Part shown: positions 28,303-38,319 of the stretch, piece after piece
How positions within the stretch are numbered: the stretch's first letter is position 1
Layout: the number at the start of each line of letters is the position of its first letter
NCBI GenBank assembly: GCA_946532115.1
Contig: CAMNBC010000001.1
Location: 1 to 54,405 of the forward strand
Length of the DNA: 54,405 nt
Reading direction: 5' to 3'
Source of the DNA: an uncultured Treponema sp.
Lineage (GTDB): Bacteria; Spirochaetota; Spirochaetia; Treponematales; Treponemataceae
Made by a program: the position numbers and the translations under genes
Notes under the pieces: model-generated
Database searches by the model: none
The model's input: the letters and a program-made list of their open reading frames with translations, nothing else
What the model was told of the DNA's origin: nothing

Positions 28303-31300
28303 CTAGAAGATATTTGTTCGAATACCAAATGAAATCTGCGGTTTAATGTTATCAATCTTCACAACACTCGAAACATCAGTTGGAATAAACCATACAGAAC
28401 CTTCTGTGTACAATGAGAAGGTACTGAACATCTTCACATTCGGAATCTTAACTTTTGGGAATTCAATCTGACCAATTACAGCAGAAAGGATCTGAGGTCG
28501 ACCACTGTTTGTTTTATCAAACATCGCAAACTCAGCACCAAGTGCAAACTGAGCAGAAAGCCAATCCCAGTCATGGCCAAGGAAGTAACTGAATGGAATA
28601 GAAGCAATATTAGCAAGAATCTTTCCAGACAGAACATTTCCACCATAACGAAGATCTGTAAGCTCTCTCTTGAATACATTTGAAACTGCATCACGCTGCT
28701 GCTGTGTAAACTGACCATATGAAGCCTGAACCTTTACAACATCATCAAAGAAGGTAAGTCCGGCACCTACAGAGAAGAGTGTAGCACCCCAGAAGCGGAA
28801 GTCAATGTAGAGTCCCTGAATGAATGATGGGACTTCATAAGAAGATTTATCACCTTTTCGCAAAGCTACTGTTACATCTTCAAGTTGAACATCATCATTT
28901 GAAAGACCTGATGCATTGAGCATCTGATTATAACGACCTCCCTTCATTGGTGCAATAAGACGAATAGTAGGTTTTGTATTATCTATCTGGATAATTGTAC
29001 GAGTAATTGCTGTTTCTCCATTCTTCATGGTTGCACGAATAAGGAAGAAGTGATATCCCTCTTCAATATCCTGATTTTCAATACGATACATCCATTTTTC
29101 ATTCTTAGAAAGTTCTGTGAATGTCTTTCCGTTATCAAAACTCATTTCAATTTTTGCAACCCGCTTTGCAGCTGTAGCAGCTTTCTGTTCTGGAGTTGCC
29201 TCTTTTGTCTTAGAGAACAAAAGTTCATCTTCACTGATAGAGTATCCTGCCTGTCCGCGAATATAAGGACGGTTAGTAGCAAAGTCACCATAAGTAAAGT
29301 TCTCAATTGTTACCCATGGACCAACTGCCTGATAAATGATTGTCTGCTCACGTGAACTTACAGTTTTTCCAGTTGCAAGAACTGTATCTACATGATATGT
29401 ATGCTCTCCATCTTCAAGACTTCCTGGACCAAGGTCAAACTTAAAGAATCCACAGTCTGTAAGAGTTGTTTCAGCAACATATTTTCCATCGATATAAAGG
29501 TTGAGGTAATAAATATCGCTTTCAGATTCAGCCTGTCCATAAATTGTGAACATACCGTTTTTGTGTTCACCATTCAATGGATAAAGAATATCAACTGTTG
29601 CAGGAGCTACATTCTTTTCAAGGTGAATGTTTCGGCTGACATTTGATGTATTTCCAGCTTTATCTTTTCCAGTAAGTTCTACGTTATAGAAACCGTCAGG
29701 AAGATTTGTCATATCAATTGATTCACCAATAATACGATCAATCTTCAAATCTTTTACTACCGGAGAAGAACCTTTTTCGAGGTTTCGAATTGTAAGATAC
29801 AAGTCTGTTACTTCAACATTATCATAAGTATAACCAGAGAAGAACAGCATACCTGTTGTTGTTGAATCATCCAGTGGAAGTTCAAGATTCAACACAGGTG
29901 CATTGTTATCAATATTAATAAGGCTCGAATAAAGCCCCTGGATGCCATAATTATCTGTTATTTTAAGGAATACAACCTGTGTTCCACCAGGAATTGCCCG
30001 TGTATCTACTGTGTAGCTCCAGTTTTCTGTTCCAACAGCCTCATTATAGGTATTACCGTTATCAAGAGAAACCTTTACATTTGCAATTCCGTTCTTGTCA
30101 CTTGCCCAACCAGAGATTGTTACAATATTACGCACAGAAGTGTCAATTGTAGGTTTTTCTACAGCACCCTTTGGTTCCTCAAGAGAAATGCGGTAGGTAC
30201 AAGATACTTCAGGACCTTTTACACCATTTACGTCTACTGCATATACAGTTACAGTGTGTTCATTATCGGTCATTGTCGAAAGAGGAACATCAATTGAGAA
30301 GCTTGTATTCAGCTTATATTCTGCATAAGGATCCGGCTGCTTATAAATTTCTTTTGCAGAAACCTGTTTATATTCACCGTTATCAATTTTATAGAAGATA
30401 GATGATTCTCCATCATCATCATAAACAACACCAGAAATTGTAAAATCGCGGGTAATAACCTGCATATTTTCCGGAACATGAATTTCTGCACGAGGAAGGT
30501 CAGATTCATTGTCTATACTGAACATCCATGCCTCAATTGGAGTTGAGTTACCGGCATCATCTGTGAATACAAAAGACATTGCATCACTGATTGGAGCTTC
30601 AACAGTACCAATATGAGTATAAATAAGAGGATTCATTTCCAGAGTCTGGCGAACCTGAGTCTTACCCTTTTCTGGTGGAGCAAGATATTCAGCCTTAGCA
30701 AAGAGACCGTTATCCTTTACCTCAAATACAATGAGGTTTTCACCATTTACAACATCAATATCAAGCGGTTCAATTACACGTACCTCTGGAGGAGTTACAT
30801 CCTTAAATACTGATGAATAAACTATAACTTCGTGACCTGAAGTATCGCGGGCACGAACATTAATTGTAATCAAACCATCATAAATAGAAGAAATATCTAT
30901 TTCCTTACTGAAGGTGATTCCAATTTTATTTGTATTTTTAGAAATATCAAAAGCAGTCCAGTTTTCACCGTTATCCAGAGAGTATTCAACAGAACGGATT
31001 CCAAGAGGATGGGTTGCTGTACCAGAAATCTTCAGAGAATTTCCAACCCACTGCTGAAGTTCTGGAGTAACAAGATTTAGTTCCGGAAGGTTATTATTTG
31101 CGATAAAATTCAGAGGCTTTGAATTATGTGTATCTCCAAAGCGGTCTGTAACACGAACAACAACATTCTTATAGATTCCATCCTTTTCTGCAGAAAGGGT
31201 AATAAGGTTTCCATTTACTTCTGCAACAAGCCCCTGTGTCTGAGAAACAACTTCTACACTAAGAGGTGCATTGTAGTTTGCATAATAGAAGAACTTAGAA

Positions 31301-34300
31301 CCATTACTCAAAATGTAGTTATTATCAATTTCATCAAATAGTGTATCTGCTGCAGCCATTGGATAAATGCCTTCAGCATCATTAATTCTAGATTCCTCGG
31401 TTTCGCGAATTACAGTAAAGGAACCTGTTATTGTCTGCTCAAGAGCACCAGCCTTAATAACTGCACTAACCTTATTTACACGAGAAGGAAGATTCGTTGC
31501 AGGAATTTCTGCAATCCAGCGCATTGGCTCTTCTGCAGTAGGTTTAATGAGTTTTGCAGCACCTTTCTGATTTACCGCTCCACCGGCTACTTCATCACCA
31601 GTAATTTCAAAGTTTACAGAATTTACTACAGCGCCGGTATCAATATACAAACGGATTGTTGCAATATCTTTAGATGCATGTCCAAGAACTACCGGCATAC
31701 CGCTCATATATTCAGCATCATTAATCTGAACGATATGTGCAGAAAGCGAAGGCTTCTTTACAGCTGTAAACTTACCGGAAACAGCCTTACCATCCAAAGT
31801 AGCAGAATTAAAGGTAACAGGATTATTTCCTTCAATCATTTCTGAACGAGGGTAAACAGCATAGTCCTGTTCAAGTTCGCCCTGATATACTGCAAGAGCA
31901 TAAACATCAAAACCATCTGCCCAATAAACAGCAGGTGCTTTTGGAGCAGGCATTTTTCCATTCTGCTCTTCAACATCCGGAATATTCTTTACGGCAATTG
32001 CTTTACAGCTCTGATTTCCACCAGCACTTTCTGCAATAAGTTCTACAATGTGCAGACCGTTTCCAATGCTATCCGGATAGAAGTCAAAACGGAATGTACC
32101 ATCATTATTTACGCTAACTACAGTAAACTCTTCATCTGCAACAGGTGCTGTCACAGTTCCAATAATTCCTTTCTGAATGTCAACTTTTGCAGACAAAACT
32201 CTATATTTAAGTCCGCCTACTCCAGTTTCACAGGTTACTTTTCCAGAAACAGAAACAGAACCTTCTCTGCCGTTTAGAGCAACTGTATCTGAATAATCAT
32301 TTATTGTAATTTCTGGAAGTGCTGTATCTGCACGGAAACGAAGCTGACGTGATTCTACAGTCTTACCCTTATCTGTCTTAATTCTTACTACAACAGGCTC
32401 TGAACTTCCAATAGCATCAAGCGGAATAAGTTTAATAAGATTTCCTTCAAGTTCAACCTTTGCAAACTTTGTTGCAGGGACAAGTTCTGCACTTGCAGCA
32501 TTTGCTCCAAGCAGATAACCTGTAACAGGGAAATCTGGATTACTGATAATTGAACCATCTTCTGCAACTGTACTATCATCAAAAACAATTACAGGCTCTT
32601 CTGATTTTACAACAGTAGTATTTGTAACGTAGTAAGTACTGCGGAATGTTGAAACACGGCCAATAATATCTTCTGACTGAATCTCAAGAGTCATTACACC
32701 CTTTGCACTTTCTGCTCCAATTGGGAGTGTAAAGTTGTAAGAGTTTACATTTTTAAGGTCAATTGAAGATTCAGAATATTCATATTCACCCCAGCTGAGT
32801 TTAGAATATACTTTTACAAGTCCAACCCCAGAACCAATATTTACAGAGAAAGTTTTTCCGCTTTCCGGATGTATCTCCATTCCGTTTGTAAATTCTTCTG
32901 CTTCTTTGCCGCCTGTAACTTTTGCATCTGAATAAACAGGTGCAAGCCCGCGAGAAACAATATTAATAACTACAGGATTTCCAACTACATCATTAACATC
33001 AACTGCAGTAACTGTAACCTTATGATTTCCGGCAGAAAGTTCTTCTGCAGTGCAAAGATGCTGGTAGAATACACCCTTAGTTTCCTGCACAACAGGTTCA
33101 TTTGAATCAAGCTGAATTCTTACTTCTTTTACACCATCCGGATCAAGAGCAATACCGCGGACAAACAGTGGATCAGAATCACCAAAATTCTGTCCATCAG
33201 AGGGTTCTGAAACTGTAACGACCGGCTTATCATTTTCCTGATCAAGAGGTATGTTACGGGTTACATCAACAACGTTTCCTGCACGATCCTTTGAATGAAT
33301 TGTAAATTTAATGGATTTATCTTTAAGTCCGAGTGTATCTACATTTACAGCCCAATATGGGTTACCAGGAATAAGTTCTATTTCGCCAGACTGAGAACCA
33401 AAAATCCATGAAAGTTCTGTTACACCAATTGTATCTTTAGCATAACCGGCAACTGTAAACTTACCGTTCATAACCTGATTCTCTTCCGGATAAACAATTG
33501 CAACATCAGGTTTTGTATTATCTATAAAATAAAGGAATGAATACATTCCGACAGAACCGGCCTTATCTATAGCCTTAAACCACAAAACTGCCGGTCCATC
33601 TTCGAATTTTTTTGTATCAACTGAAACTGTAAAATCACAAAGGTCTTTATTTTTATTTCCTCCGAATTTTACAGGAACAAAAGTTTCACCGTTATCTGTA
33701 GAAAAATACAATTCTTTGATTCCGTTTCCATCCGAAACGACACCATCAAATTTTACATTTCCAGAAACAAGAATACCCATAGTCTTATCCTGAATTTCTG
33801 TTACAGGCTGCTTACGGTCAAGCTGCCAGGTAAGAACGGTCGGATTGCTGACTACCGGAATATCATTAATATCGTAACCGATTACTTTGATTGTATGAGG
33901 TCCTTCTTCAAGGTCATTGGTATCGAGGTAGTATGACCAGAATTCTTTTCCTTCTGCAGTTACGTGTTTTTCAATTTCGGTTCCTTCATCAAGAATCAAA
34001 TCTACCCGCGAAACACCATCATCATCCACACATGTACCTACAATATTCAGGTTACCTACAACACGCATGTTTGGATAAGGGTTTGTAATTCCACAAATAG
34101 GTAAATCAGATTTAGGATCCAGATAGATATTATGAGGTCCTTCCACATGAACATTGCCACCAAGGTCACGAGCAGTAATCATAATATTGTACTTACCAGG
34201 CTTGCGGCTGTCCAAGTCAAACTGCTCCTGCCAGCTGTTCATATTCTTTACGCTGATTTCTTCAACATCTCCCTTTCCATGGGCAAATATGCACAATGGC

Positions 34301-34350
34301 ATGAGAATCATTAGAATCGTCGTCAAAAAGACTTTTTTCATATCTACCAT
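28303..34350 (-). CDS. Giant (2015 aa) surface protein with tandem bacterial Ig-like domains and a C-terminal beta-barrel-like anchor
   Basis: Signal peptide; about 95-aa repeats ending A.D.AGN...IDNTKP; four SxDNGxT/N Asp-box-like motifs; last ~170 aa amphipathic strands ending in Phe; GAGG RBS. Confidence 0.75.
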   Translation of the reverse strand: MVDMKKVFLTTILMILMPLCIFAHGKGDVEEISVKNMNSWQEQFDLDSRKPGKYNIMITARDLGGNVHVEGPHNIYLDPKSDLPICGITNPYPNMRVVGNLNIVGTCVDDDGVSRVDLILDEGTEIEKHVTAEGKEFWSYYLDTNDLEEGPHTIKVIGYDINDIPVVSNPTVLTWQLDRKQPVTEIQDKTMGILVSGNVKFDGVVSDGNGIKELYFSTDNGETFVPVKFGGNKNKDLCDFTVSVDTKKFEDGPAVLWFKAIDKAGSVGMYSFLYFIDNTKPDVAIVYPEENQVMNGKFTVAGYAKDTIGVTELSWIFGSQSGEIELIPGNPYWAVNVDTLGLKDKSIKFTIHSKDRAGNVVDVTRNIPLDQENDKPVVTVSEPSDGQNFGDSDPLFVRGIALDPDGVKEVRIQLDSNEPVVQETKGVFYQHLCTAEELSAGNHKVTVTAVDVNDVVGNPVVINIVSRGLAPVYSDAKVTGGKEAEEFTNGMEIHPESGKTFSVNIGSGVGLVKVYSKLSWGEYEYSESSIDLKNVNSYNFTLPIGAESAKGVMTLEIQSEDIIGRVSTFRSTYYVTNTTVVKSEEPVIVFDDSTVAEDGSIISNPDFPVTGYLLGANAASAELVPATKFAKVELEGNLIKLIPLDAIGSSEPVVVRIKTDKGKTVESRQLRFRADTALPEITINDYSDTVALNGREGSVSVSGKVTCETGVGGLKYRVLSAKVDIQKGIIGTVTAPVADEEFTVVSVNNDGTFRFDFYPDSIGNGLHIVELIAESAGGNQSCKAIAVKNIPDVEEQNGKMPAPKAPAVYWADGFDVYALAVYQGELEQDYAVYPRSEMIEGNNPVTFNSATLDGKAVSGKFTAVKKPSLSAHIVQINDAEYMSGMPVVLGHASKDIATIRLYIDTGAVVNSVNFEITGDEVAGGAVNQKGAAKLIKPTAEEPMRWIAEIPATNLPSRVNKVSAVIKAGALEQTITGSFTVIRETEESRINDAEGIYPMAAADTLFDEIDNNYILSNGSKFFYYANYNAPLSVEVVSQTQGLVAEVNGNLITLSAEKDGIYKNVVVRVTDRFGDTHNSKPLNFIANNNLPELNLVTPELQQWVGNSLKISGTATHPLGIRSVEYSLDNGENWTAFDISKNTNKIGITFSKEIDISSIYDGLITINVRARDTSGHEVIVYSSVFKDVTPPEVRVIEPLDIDVVNGENLIVFEVKDNGLFAKAEYLAPPEKGKTQVRQTLEMNPLIYTHIGTVEAPISDAMSFVFTDDAGNSTPIEAWMFSIDNESDLPRAEIHVPENMQVITRDFTISGVVYDDDGESSIFYKIDNGEYKQVSAKEIYKQPDPYAEYKLNTSFSIDVPLSTMTDNEHTVTVYAVDVNGVKGPEVSCTYRISLEEPKGAVEKPTIDTSVRNIVTISGWASDKNGIANVKVSLDNGNTYNEAVGTENWSYTVDTRAIPGGTQVVFLKITDNYGIQGLYSSLINIDNNAPVLNLELPLDDSTTTGMLFFSGYTYDNVEVTDLYLTIRNLEKGSSPVVKDLKIDRIIGESIDMTNLPDGFYNVELTGKDKAGNTSNVSRNIHLEKNVAPATVDILYPLNGEHKNGMFTIYGQAESESDIYYLNLYIDGKYVAETTLTDCGFFKFDLGPGSLEDGEHTYHVDTVLATGKTVSSREQTIIYQAVGPWVTIENFTYGDFATNRPYIRGQAGYSISEDELLFSKTKEATPEQKAATAAKRVAKIEMSFDNGKTFTELSKNEKWMYRIENQDIEEGYHFFLIRATMKNGETAITRTIIQIDNTKPTIRLIAPMKGGRYNQMLNASGLSNDDVQLEDVTVALRKGDKSSYEVPSFIQGLYIDFRFWGATLFSVGAGLTFFDDVVKVQASYGQFTQQQRDAVSNVFKRELTDLRYGGNVLSGKILANIASIPFSYFLGHDWDWLSAQFALGAEFAMFDKTNSGRPQILSAVIGQIEFPKVKIPNVKMFSTFSLYTEGSVWFIPTDVSSVVKIDNIKPQISFGIRTNIF

Positions 34351-34400
34351 CTAATACCTCTATTAGAAAAATTTCTTCTAGCTAAATTCTCTCTTTTTGA

Positions 34401-34428
34401 ATATCGGCGGATTATTACTTTTTCATTA
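34401..34428 (-). promoter_or_regulatory. Sigma28-like promoter of the Ig-protein operon
   Basis: Minus strand TAAT-N16-GCCGATAT, 50 nt upstream of ATG 34350. Confidence 0.5.
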
Positions 34429-34480
34429 ATAAATTATAGGTTATACTATTTTAAACGTTTATTAAAATGGAGAACAGGTT

Positions 34481-35224
34481 ATGAGCACAACTGACATATC
34501 TATTTTACAACATATAATAGATAAAAGCAAAAAAATTGTTTTTTTCGGCGGCGCAGGAGTTTCTACAGAATCCGGCATTCCTGATTTTAGAAGTGTAGAC
34601 GGATTATATAACCAGCAGTGGAAATATCCACCAGAACAAATTATAAGCCGAACTTTTTTTTATGGCAATACCCCTGAATTTTACAGATTCTACAGAGCAA
34701 AACTTTTACCTCAGGGAATAAAACCTAATTCTGCACATTACAAGCTTGCAGAACTTGAACAGGCAGGCAAACTGCTTGCTGTTGTAACCCAGAATATTGA
34801 CGGACTACACCAGATGGCTGGAAGCAAAAATATTTTTGAACTGCATGGCAGTACGTTGAGAAATTACTGTCTGGACTGTCATGAATTTTATGATGAAAAA
34901 ATAATCATTGAAAGTGAAAATGCACCGGATAAACTTCCGCACTGTAAAAAGTGCGGCGGCCTTATAAAACCGGACGTTGTTTTGTACGAAGAAGGACTTG
35001 ACCAGAAAGTTATTGAAGGTGCAGTAAGAGCCATAAAGGCCGCCGATACACTTATCATTGGAGGAACTTCCCTCACTGTTTATCCTGCCGCAGGTTTAAT
35101 AGATTACTTCCATGGTGAAAACCTCGTCCTTCTGAATAAATCAAGCACACCACAGGATAGTATGGCATCGCTTGTAATTCATGAACCAATTGGCGAAGTT
35201 TTAAGCCAGATAAAAGTGAATTAA
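34481..35224 (+). CDS. cobB: NAD-dependent protein deacylase, Sir2 family
   Basis: [28 protein letters not shown], two Cxx[19 protein letters not shown]. Confidence 0.93.
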   Translation: MSTTDISILQHIIDKSKKIVFFGGAGVSTESGIPDFRSVDGLYNQQWKYPPEQIISRTFFYGNTPEFYRFYRAKLLPQGIKPNSAHYKLAELEQAGKLLAVVTQNIDGLHQMAGSKNIFELHGSTLRNYCLDCHEFYDEKIIIESENAPDKLPHCKKCGGLIKPDVVLYEEGLDQKVIEGAVRAIKAADTLIIGGTSLTVYPAAGLIDYFHGENLVLLNKSSTPQDSMASLVIHEPIGEVLSQIKVN

Positions 35225-38200
35225 AAATTTACATCAAGTCCAAAAGACATTTTTATTCGTTCTTCCGGCTTTATAAGTCCGGAGGAATGAATAACATAAC
35301 TGAACGTTGTAATTAAAACGGTCTTATAGTTTGTCCTTGCAAACACACCAATATTCGGTGTCAGTTCCAGAGCCGTCTTCAGATAAACCGAATCAAGATA
35401 ACATCCTGTTCCATTAAAAAGATTCCCAAAATAATTCCCAAGCTGCAGATTCTGAAAACCTGCTTCCGTCACATGCCCAGCAGAACCGCTTCCTGCGTAT
35501 CCTGCAGAAACATAAAAATCATTAATATAAAGTGCTGTAAATCCTGGGACTGCTTTTTGAATATCCATACTGAAAACTGTTGTTTCTGCAGTTGCATCAA
35601 ATAATATAATTCCCGGAGAAGCTGCTGGCTTTGTATAACCATAAATTGACTGAGCCGGAAAAAGAATGGCATTAAATCGTAAAGGAAAGTTATATGTATA
35701 ACCGTATTTTGATTCAAATGGAAGAAGCCTTGGAATATAGAATCTTAATTCCCCGCCTAAAGCCGCTGCTTCAACATTATCATATTTTATACCAAAAGTC
35801 AGACCAGCTGCGAAACCTGCATATTCAAAGCGGCCAGGCCCTGCACGTCTCAAATTTGAATATCTTAAAGAGACAGCATTCTGTAATGTATAATAGATAA
35901 GATTACTGTCTGGTGCTGTAATTCCAAGAAGTTCTTTATCCCAGAAACTAATGGTTGGTAACAATTTATAATTTTCACTTGAACCATCTGTGAATTTTGC
36001 AGGGAATCTTGCATCCTGTTTTCCGACAAAAGCTTCTGACGAATTTGAAATTCTTACTGTTGAATATTTTCCAAGATTTACATTTACAGCAAGCGCAAGT
36101 CTTCCCCCGCCCTGCTTCCATCCTTTTGCATCAAATTCTGATTTTAATTCTGTTTTACTCTGAAACAGAGAAGTTGCAGTTCCTTTTGTTATCTGTAAAT
36201 CTATTCCAAAAGCATTTGAAAGTGCATTCCAGCCTGTTGTAAACGTATATAAATCTGAAGAACCATCTGCCCAGGGATTTGCTGTTATATATGTAAATCC
36301 CAGATATGCGTTTCCCGCTTCTGAATAATAATCTGAATTTGCACCAAAATATTCAGTTGTGTAAGTGCTTACAGGAATTAAAATTCCACGAAGAAAATAC
36401 GGAAATGGATTATATGCAACCGATGGTAAATCTTTGCAGAACTGAAACTGCAACGGCATTTCTTCCACAGAGTTCTCACCACCCTCCGTCACCAGCGCAA
36501 CCTGTCCTGCATCAAAATTGCGTGCAGCAATATCCCTCATACAAAGAAGTCTGTTCTGCCGGTAAAACTGACCTGTATATATAACAGTTCCCTTATACAA
36601 AACCGGGGTAAACACTCCACCAGAAATATCTTCACTACTCAGCAGAAGCTCACCAGATTCAGTATCCATAAAACCAAGACGCGGCAAAGTTCCATTTTTT
36701 GCATAACTGAAAACAAAACGTCCGTCTGCTGCAGACAGAGAGCGGACTGTCAAATCTTCTGGAAAAGCATACTCACGAAGCGGAGCCCCACCCATTGCCA
36801 CAGAACTCACGCATACACTGTAATTCTGCCGTTCTTTTTTTAAGTAGGCAAAGGTTCCGTCGTCAAGCGGAGTAAATGCAAATGGGTTTGTTTCAACTGG
36901 AAGTTTAATCTCTTTATAAGATTCAGTACATTTTATACGGTGGGAGTTATCGTCAAAAACAATTTTTGATACTATAATTGAAAAATGCTGTGCAAAATAT
37001 TTCTGAGCAATAAGATAGTATTCGCCGCCACAGTATGCTATTACTGCCTCTTTCAATCCTTTTTCTGGCACTGAATAAAAGCCGCCGCGCTCAATATCAT
37101 AAATCTTCACACAGGCCGTACTCCCCGGCGCATTTTCGCTTATACAGCTCACAGCAATGAAGCGGCCATCATTTGAAATACGCACGCCTGTTGTTCCCCG
37201 CATTGCAAAAAGTTGCCGAGGTTTGATCTGTACGCTGCCACTACCTGTAACATACGAGGGATCTATATCTGACAGAAAGACACGTCCCCCAAAACGATCG
37301 AACCACACAAGCCGTGTTATGAAATCATCATATAAATCACTTTTTATAACTGCAGAAGTCAAAGAATCATAAAGAGAACCTGCATCATTCAGCATGGAAT
37401 AATCTCGGCCCTCCGGACAAAAAAAGTCGCTGACTATACCGGCAATCACAGGGTTTGCTGCAACTTCCGGAACCTCATAAGCCTTTACAAATTTTGACCA
37501 GGCATTTTTTAATTTTTCTCCGAATGCTCTTTTAAATGAGCCAGCTATCGTAAAATCCCTGCCATTTACAACACGAAACCAGAATTTTGCATAAGCCGCA
37601 AGTCCATAAGTTTTCTGAAGCCACTGATGAAATGCCCCGTTAAAATAATACGGTGCGCCGCCCGGCTGTGCGTCTCCTGCACCCGAAACATCATGGTATG
37701 ACGGAAATTCTCGTTCTATCTTTGCCTGTTTTACATAATGCTTTGCATATTCATCGTTAAGTCTACCCTCACCTGCTGCACTCTCGCTTGGCAAAGTAGC
37801 ACCTTCTGCCATTCCTGTCGTTATAGAAAGCATTCCCGGTGAAAAATAATCACCAAAAATTTTTCCCACAAACCTCCAGGCCGGATCTTTCATATTATAA
37901 GTAACTGCATGGGTTAATTCATGTCTAAATGTAGAAAGCAGTGTTTCACTGAAAACTGCAAGCTCACTGTCTCCCGAAACTCCTGTATCATAAATTGCAA
38001 TATGATTATATGGGACTGCTGTCCAGAATGCATTGAACTGATCTACTGCAGGTGTTAGAACAACCGGCATTCTGAATGCCGGAATAAGTCCATATTGAGC
38101 AGTAACTTCCTCATAAACAGAATCTGCCTTTTCATATAAGATTGCAGCACTTTCTTCACATCTTTTTGGGTAAATAATATCGAACCATTTTGTCTTTAAA

Positions 38201-38319
38201 ACCCTGAGATTCTTTTCGCCCCAAAGCATTCCACTTCTGGCAAAAAGATTGGTACACAAAATTGAAAATACAAATACTGTGAATATTTTTTTATAAATCC
38301 TTAAGACGCTTTTCTGCAT
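35221..38319 (-). CDS. Large exported protein: gluzincin-like metallopeptidase domain, beta-propeller-like middle, beta-barrel-like C terminus
   Basis: Signal peptide ..NLFA; FNAF, HELTH (HExxH), downstream AEGA; ISNDGRFIAV-type propeller blade; ends MSFGLDVNF. Confidence 0.65.
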   Translation of the reverse strand: MQKSVLRIYKKIFTVFVFSILCTNLFARSGMLWGEKNLRVLKTKWFDIIYPKRCEESAAILYEKADSVYEEVTAQYGLIPAFRMPVVLTPAVDQFNAFWTAVPYNHIAIYDTGVSGDSELAVFSETLLSTFRHELTHAVTYNMKDPAWRFVGKIFGDYFSPGMLSITTGMAEGATLPSESAAGEGRLNDEYAKHYVKQAKIEREFPSYHDVSGAGDAQPGGAPYYFNGAFHQWLQKTYGLAAYAKFWFRVVNGRDFTIAGSFKRAFGEKLKNAWSKFVKAYEVPEVAANPVIAGIVSDFFCPEGRDYSMLNDAGSLYDSLTSAVIKSDLYDDFITRLVWFDRFGGRVFLSDIDPSYVTGSGSVQIKPRQLFAMRGTTGVRISNDGRFIAVSCISENAPGSTACVKIYDIERGGFYSVPEKGLKEAVIAYCGGEYYLIAQKYFAQHFSIIVSKIVFDDNSHRIKCTESYKEIKLPVETNPFAFTPLDDGTFAYLKKERQNYSVCVSSVAMGGAPLREYAFPEDLTVRSLSAADGRFVFSYAKNGTLPRLGFMDTESGELLLSSEDISGGVFTPVLYKGTVIYTGQFYRQNRLLCMRDIAARNFDAGQVALVTEGGENSVEEMPLQFQFCKDLPSVAYNPFPYFLRGILIPVSTYTTEYFGANSDYYSEAGNAYLGFTYITANPWADGSSDLYTFTTGWNALSNAFGIDLQITKGTATSLFQSKTELKSEFDAKGWKQGGGRLALAVNVNLGKYSTVRISNSSEAFVGKQDARFPAKFTDGSSENYKLLPTISFWDKELLGITAPDSNLIYYTLQNAVSLRYSNLRRAGPGRFEYAGFAAGLTFGIKYDNVEAAALGGELRFYIPRLLPFESKYGYTYNFPLRFNAILFPAQSIYGYTKPAASPGIILFDATAETTVFSMDIQKAVPGFTALYINDFYVSAGYAGSGSAGHVTEAGFQNLQLGNYFGNLFNGTGCYLDSVYLKTALELTPNIGVFARTNYKTVLITTFSYVIHSSGLIKPEERIKMSFGLDVNF

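Noticed and set aside
28303-34350. Neuraminidase/sialidase call for the giant protein
   Set aside because: The Asp-box-like motifs are hundreds of residues apart within Ig-like repeats, and no FRIP motif or propeller spacing is visible
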